Shown in pieces: positions 27,638 through 32,000 of a stretch of 32,000 bases of DNA. Source of the DNA: Gammaproteobacteria bacterium (GTDB taxonomy: Bacteria; Pseudomonadota; Gammaproteobacteria; GCA-001735895); contig JBLHOA010000005.1 of assembly GCA_047622345.1 (NCBI GenBank), positions 10,423-42,422 of the forward strand, written 5' to 3'. Each line of letters opens with the position of its first letter. The first letter of the stretch is position 1. A program made the translations under genes and the position numbers. The notes under the pieces were generated by a model. The model searched no databases and was not told the DNA's origin. It saw nothing but the letters and a program-made list of their open reading frames with translations.

Positions 27638-27799
27638 GGTGAAACCTCCTTATCGTTGCATCCAGTTTAGCCGAGTTTTCAACCGATCAGCAATAATTAG
27701 GGAAAGTTGTTGCCAGCTTTGCGAGGCTCCTTCCCGATAGTAGCCATTCAGGAATTAAATATGTTCAGTCGTTTTCGGCGCATATCTGCGAATCGGTAA

Positions 27800-28010
27800 T
27801 ATCTGGAATCTTGCCGTATAACAACGAGGCCAAATTGGAAGACACACGCCAGGGTTGAACACATCTTTGGCATTATGAAACGCCAATTTGGCTATAACTA
27901 AAGTACGCTATCGAGGGCTGGACAAAAATGCCGATAGTGTGTTTACTAAATGTGTACTGATCGTTTTGGTGATCGAGAAACGGCCATTAATGACTGCTTT
28001 ATCAGGATAG
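27800..28010 (+). mobile_element. IS5-family transposase remnant (C-terminal ~65 codons only, frameshifted)
   Basis: It reads …NWKTHARVEHIFGIMKRQFGY, then a 1-nt frame change near 27896-27899 (consistent with an inserted A), then TKVRYRGLDKNADSVFTKCVLIVLVIEKR… This matches the conserved RxxVEHxFGxxKxxFGxxKxRYRGLxKN C-terminus of IS5-family transposases. No upstream DDE region or inverted repeats were identified. Confidence 0.7.
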
Positions 28011-28318
28011 TTGTGCCTGAAACATGGCAAAGACTGATAACCCCAGTCAAGTGACAGGAAAACCGGCCTAATTACTGGCGATAAAATCAAAACTTAACGG
28101 GCTTGGTGACAAAATGCTAATTGATCAGAGTTGCCCTTGAATGTTAAACCACCAGTATGCAAATCTTCGGCAATATAGAGGGTAGGGATGGTTAATTACA
28201 TTAGTATCATTGATCACTCTGGCCAGAAAATATCGGGAAAGAGTGGTCATGGTCTTTGATTTCAATTTGTTTATTTTTAAATATCTCAATAATATTTTTT
28301 TAGAGGATAGAACTTAGA

Positions 28319-29266
28319 ATGAAGCAAATGGTGTTGAAACGGATTGCAATTGGTTTGGTTACCTTGGTTGCAGTTTCAGTTATCGTTTTCGTGATGACGA
28401 GTTGGTTACCGGGTGACGTCGCGTCAATCCTTTTGGGACAGGCTGCTACCACCGAGACACTGGCAGCACTTCGTGCTCAACTGGGAACGGACCAACCACT
28501 GATAATCCAGTATTTCAGTTGGCTCGGCAATATGGCAACAGGAGATCTCGGAATATCAAAGACGGGTGGTGCCACTATTTCCAGTTTAATCAGTAGCCGA
28601 ATCGGTAATACCATGATGATGGCGGGGCTGGTAGCGGTTATATCTATACCCATATCCATTTCGATAGGTCTTTTCGCTGCAATGCATCCCGGTACCTGGT
28701 TGGATCGAATTGTGAGCTTCGGCACCTTAAGCACAGTTTCGGTACCCGAATTTTTCATCGCTACAGTAATGGTATTAATCCTTGCGGTAAATTTACGCTG
28801 GTTACCTTCAGTCACCTACCTGAATGGCGATGAATCGGTCTGGCAACTTTTAAAAGCGGTGGCCATGCCACTAATTACCCTGGTTATCGTAGTATCGGCA
28901 CAAATGATACGAATGACTCGTGCCGGAATACTCAACGTCATGAATTCGGATTATATCGAAATGGCAATCCTTAAGGGCGTACCGAAAAAACGCATCATCC
29001 TGCGTCACGCGCTTTACAACGCGATCGGGCCGATTGTGAACGTTATTGCCCTGAACCTGGCTTATTTGGTGAGCGGTGTGGTAATCGTCGAAACCATATT
29101 TTCTTATCCAGGTTTGGCGAAATTAATGATCAATGCCGTGCAGACACGGGATCTGCCGCTGGTTCAGGCCTGTGCGATGATATTCTGTGGAACTTACGTT
29201 GTGCTTATCATCCTGGCTGACGTTGTTTCGATAGTTTCCAACCCTCGTTTGAGGCATCCAAGATAG
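28319..29266 (+). CDS. ABC transporter permease, DppB/OppB (peptide/nickel) type
   Basis: 315 aa. It has the N-terminal LKRI…LVTL…VIVF motif, six predicted TM helices and the EAA-like loop (DYIEMAILKGVPKKRIILRHALYNAIGP) typical of DppB/OppB/NikB permeases. No partner genes are adjacent. Confidence 0.88.
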   Translation: MKQMVLKRIAIGLVTLVAVSVIVFVMTSWLPGDVASILLGQAATTETLAALRAQLGTDQPLIIQYFSWLGNMATGDLGISKTGGATISSLISSRIGNTMMMAGLVAVISIPISISIGLFAAMHPGTWLDRIVSFGTLSTVSVPEFFIATVMVLILAVNLRWLPSVTYLNGDESVWQLLKAVAMPLITLVIVVSAQMIRMTRAGILNVMNSDYIEMAILKGVPKKRIILRHALYNAIGPIVNVIALNLAYLVSGVVIVETIFSYPGLAKLMINAVQTRDLPLVQACAMIFCGTYVVLIILADVVSIVSNPRLRHPR

Positions 29267-29583
29267 GCGAGAAGGTACTGAAAAATAAAAGGGGTCAATG
29301 TCGATAAATTTCAGCTTTAACTGAGAGTCCGTATCTTGCCGTAGGACGATCCTGGGGTTATGAATTTGGGTATCGACTTTGGAGAAAATTGGTAGAGTTT
29401 GTACCATATGCATCATTCCCTTTTATTCTGAGCCTTTCGGACATTTATTGCTAATGACCGTATATGGACTCCACCTATTTCACAATGTAAATTCACAGGG
29501 ACACACACTTTCCAGCTCTTTCCATATTGCACCCTTAGGGAAAAGGGCAACGTGTAATTGCTACGCGAACCACTTATTATTTC

Positions 29584-30015
29584 CTAGTCTCCGGTGGCCC
29601 CAGCGGCGTTGATACTGCATTCAATAACATCGTCATCGGAACCACTACTGCAAGCCTTGAGTTCGGCATGCGCTTCGGCGTAGGGAACAACTTTTCCCCC
29701 GGCTATTCTATGAATGCAGCTTTCACTTTTGTAGACCATGAATGCGGTCACATTGATCGGATCAAACGCGTAGACTTCGTCGAGCGACTGATGTAACTCG
29801 GCCGCCATTTGCTGATCTTTAAGATCGGTTAAATCTTCAATTGATTCAAGTGGAGGTAGCACCGCCTTGAGTCGATCTTTTGGTACGCCCTTCGACATAT
29901 TATTCATCGCGGAAGCCCCGGCCATGCCGATTTTCTGACAGTCGGCCTGAGTCAGCTCAGAAGCATTTGTCTGCAAGGGCAGGAGTAGTAGCGCTGTAAT
30001 AATGATCAGTTTCAT
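29584..30015 (-). CDS. Small secreted hypothetical protein
   Basis: 143 aa with a signal peptide (MKLIIITALLLLPLQTNA/SE), four Cys residues and an acidic composition. No family recognised. Confidence 0.6.
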   Translation of the reverse strand: MKLIIITALLLLPLQTNASELTQADCQKIGMAGASAMNNMSKGVPKDRLKAVLPPLESIEDLTDLKDQQMAAELHQSLDEVYAFDPINVTAFMVYKSESCIHRIAGGKVVPYAEAHAELKACSSGSDDDVIECSINAAGATGD

Positions 30016-30090
30016 TTTTATTCCGACACTTTGTATGTCTTATTTCAGTTATAATCGACGAGTTTTTAAATCTAACGGGTACCGTCTTCT

Positions 30091-30837
30091 TTATTGCAGA
30101 AATTTTGCAACGATTGAATTGAACTCCTGCGTATGTTCCAGGTGCACTATATGCCCTGCATTCGGAATTATGAATAGTTGTGATAGTGAAATTTTTCGCC
30201 ACATTTCGATCGAAAGATCAGGGTGGGTCGAACGATCACAATCTCCGCAAACAATAAGTGTGGGAGTTGTGACTTGACCAAGTCGGTCGCGTGTTTTCCA
30301 TTGATCCCAGGTCTGCACATGACGGATAGCTGCCGCCTCGTTCGATTGACTGCCGGCCTCTCTGGCCAGTGGGTACATCGGGTCTTCCTTGCCGCGTTGA
30401 AACCATTCAGCGGCCAGGTCGGCTGCGAATGAGTCGACCCCTACGGCACGTATTCTTTCGATGCTTTTTTCATAGGGTTCAAACCTTTCCGGGCAATATC
30501 CATCCGGGGAACCGCCATAGAGAACCATCTTTTCGAGTAAAGCCGGTTGTTGCAGACTTATCTCCAGCGCGATCCAGGCACCAAGCGAATGGCCCAGAAT
30601 AGAACAGGTTTCGAGGCCGGAAGATCGGATCGTTTCGACAACCATCTGGCTAAGCGCTTCGACAGTCGGTGGGACCGGAACATCATAGCTTCCAGCAGAT
30701 CCTGGCAGATCAATGGTCGTTACCGAAAATCGAGGAACCAGATACTCTACCAATGGTTGAAATATCTTGCTGCTACCAAGAAACCCGTGCACTAAAACCA
30801 CTTCCGGGCCCGCACCCTGACGTTGCCAATTAAGCAT
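30091..30837 (-). CDS. Alpha/beta-fold hydrolase
   Basis: 248 aa. It has the oxyanion motif VVLVHGF, the nucleophile elbow GHSLGA, and a C-terminal Asp/His region (CGDCDRS…, NAGHIVHLE). Confidence 0.88.
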   Translation of the reverse strand: MLNWQRQGAGPEVVLVHGFLGSSKIFQPLVEYLVPRFSVTTIDLPGSAGSYDVPVPPTVEALSQMVVETIRSSGLETCSILGHSLGAWIALEISLQQPALLEKMVLYGGSPDGYCPERFEPYEKSIERIRAVGVDSFAADLAAEWFQRGKEDPMYPLAREAGSQSNEAAAIRHVQTWDQWKTRDRLGQVTTPTLIVCGDCDRSTHPDLSIEMWRKISLSQLFIIPNAGHIVHLEHTQEFNSIVAKFLQ

Positions 30838-30947
30838 TTTGTTGCCTCAAATGATGATACTCGAAGATACCAGAGCCAGACATTAACAAAGCAAATTCAA
30901 TTTTGTAAGTTTTAAGGACTGCTTTGTACATTTACAATGCCGACAGA

Positions 30948-32000
30948 TTACCGCGAGTCGACATCGACGAGCTGATGCTGGTCTTTTAAAAACGAGGCTA
31001 AAGGAATGCTCAACGCGGTAATTGCACACAGAGCCCAAAGCACCAGGTCGAGGCTGCCGAAATCAGCAAGCTGGCCGAAGGCAAAGGGACCGATGACCGT
31101 TGCAATTCCTGAAAAAGAATATATCAATGCAAAGCCTCGTGATTGATGGCTGGTCTCGATGTGATCGGATATCGCGCCGTAGGTTACCGTCGATGACCCC
31201 TGTACTGTCAGGCCGATCAAGGGCAGGGTAATCAATACCGTAATCAATGGCATCAGTATCACGGCAGCGAGCCCGGCAATGGTGAGCAGTTGAATAAAAA
31301 CAAAAGGCAGGTGATCGCCGAACCGTGCGGTCAGAAAACCGCAGCAAAATTTACCGGTCATGCCCCCGCATAGCGCAAGTACAACGCCAAAGGAAGCGAC
31401 TTCGGTGGAAGCCCCTTTATTGATCAAGACAAAGGCGAGGAAGGTCAGAAATACCGTTTGTACCGCGCTGTCGAGAGTAACCACAATCGCAAGCAGGGTG
31501 AATTGGCGCGGTTTTTTGATGCCACATCGCTGAACCAGCGAAGTTTGTCTATCTGTTTGTGCCCGCTGTTTTGATTCGGGCTTCTCGTCGGGGAGTAGTT
31601 TCCACAGCGCGAAGGCAAACGCCAAAGCGACCAGGCTGAGCACAGTGACGATGGAGTTCCAGGCGAACCCTGCGCCGATCCCCAGGCTGAATAAACCGGT
31701 AAAGCTGAGCTTGCCGGCATCGCCGCTGGCGTTATAGGTGCCGAGCGCCCGACGCTTTTGCGCCGGACCGAAGGTTTTCACCAAAACCGCCGAGGCCAGC
31801 GAATGCTGAAACCCTGCGCCGGCACCGGTGAGCACAAAGAACAGCGCAATCAACCCGAATGAAGTGGAGACGGCCACACCGAGATAACCCGCAGCGGCCG
31901 CAATCAAACCGAATATGAGTAAGCGTCGCTCGCCATAGCGCTCTGCCAGTATGCCGGATGGAATTTCAAGCAATGACATGGCCAGATTACTGAGGGCGCG
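30948..32000 (-). CDS. MFS transporter (partial; the N-terminus lies beyond the window end)
   Basis: The frame stays open through 32000 (…RALSNLAMSLLEIPSGILAERYGERR, the MFS loop 2-3 motif). Multiple TM helices follow, and the stop is at 30948. Confidence 0.85.
   Translation of the reverse strand, partial: RALSNLAMSLLEIPSGILAERYGERRLLIFGLIAAAAGYLGVAVSTSFGLIALFFVLTGAGAGFQHSLASAVLVKTFGPAQKRRALGTYNASGDAGKLSFTGLFSLGIGAGFAWNSIVTVLSLVALAFAFALWKLLPDEKPESKQRAQTDRQTSLVQRCGIKKPRQFTLLAIVVTLDSAVQTVFLTFLAFVLINKGASTEVASFGVVLALCGGMTGKFCCGFLTARFGDHLPFVFIQLLTIAGLAAVILMPLITVLITLPLIGLTVQGSSTVTYGAISDHIETSHQSRGFALIYSFSGIATVIGPFAFGQLADFGSLDLVLWALCAITALSIPLASFLKDQHQLVDVDSR

Noticed and set aside
27228-27670. 111-aa and 141-aa plus-strand ORFs
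   Set aside because: They are antisense shadows of the GFA-family gene, whose Cys motif pattern is diagnostic.
27908-28090. 60-aa minus-strand ORF
   Set aside because: It lies antisense to the IS5-family transposase remnant, which explains the open frame.
1-32000. CRISPR arrays, tRNA/rRNA genes, integrases, toxin-antitoxin pairs or known defence-system gene sets
   Set aside because: I scanned both strands and the intergenic regions by eye and found none. The only regular repeat array (21212-21316) has no spacers and the wrong period for CRISPR.

Overview
Chromosomal-looking window from a Gram-negative bacterium. It is probably a marine gammaproteobacterium, inferred only from the E. coli-like PolB, HemN, TraT and GlyA sequences. 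I call about 26 protein-coding loci. I saw no rRNA, tRNA, CRISPR array, integrase or complete mobile element, and no recognised defence system.

Layout:
- 1-2.9 kb: the tail of a fimbria-like locus. It holds a partial subunit-like ORF and an 884-aa usher-like outer-membrane protein. A DUF4402 subunit gene lies 5 kb away.
- 3-10 kb: a gene-decay zone. It contains a hemN pseudogene (2 frameshifts, 2 in-frame stops), an intact 974-aa transmembrane Ser/Thr-kinase/coiled-coil/FGE-fold protein with degenerate catalytic motifs, and a cupredoxin-like gene and a PAS-GAF-GGDEF gene truncated against each other tail to tail.
- 10.4-11.1 kb: a lone TraT lipoprotein homolog.
- 11.1-19.0 kb: a methylated-amine/one-carbon cluster. 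It comprises glyA, an EamA transporter, a non-pyrrolysine MttB-family methyltransferase translationally coupled to a DMGDH-like FAD/GcvT enzyme, and a divergent GcvA-like LysR regulator.
- 19.9-24.7 kb: an unassigned cluster of a D-Cys desulfhydrase/ACC deaminase-family enzyme, a HisD paralog and a DegT-type aminotransferase, plus a divergent EamA transporter. Five tandem 21-bp repeats sit inside the operon.
- 24.8-27.6 kb: polB and a GFA-family gene.
- 27.65-30.1 kb: an AT-richer patch with an IS5-family transposase remnant, an orphan DppB/OppB-type permease and a small secreted protein.
- 30.1-32.0 kb: an alpha/beta hydrolase and a partial MFS transporter.

The most unusual items are the doubly degenerate kinase/FGE receptor, the MttB-DMGDH coupling with no corrinoid partner, and the HisD/DcyD/DegT cluster with its 21-bp repeat array. 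All functional readings come from motif recognition by eye and need database confirmation.
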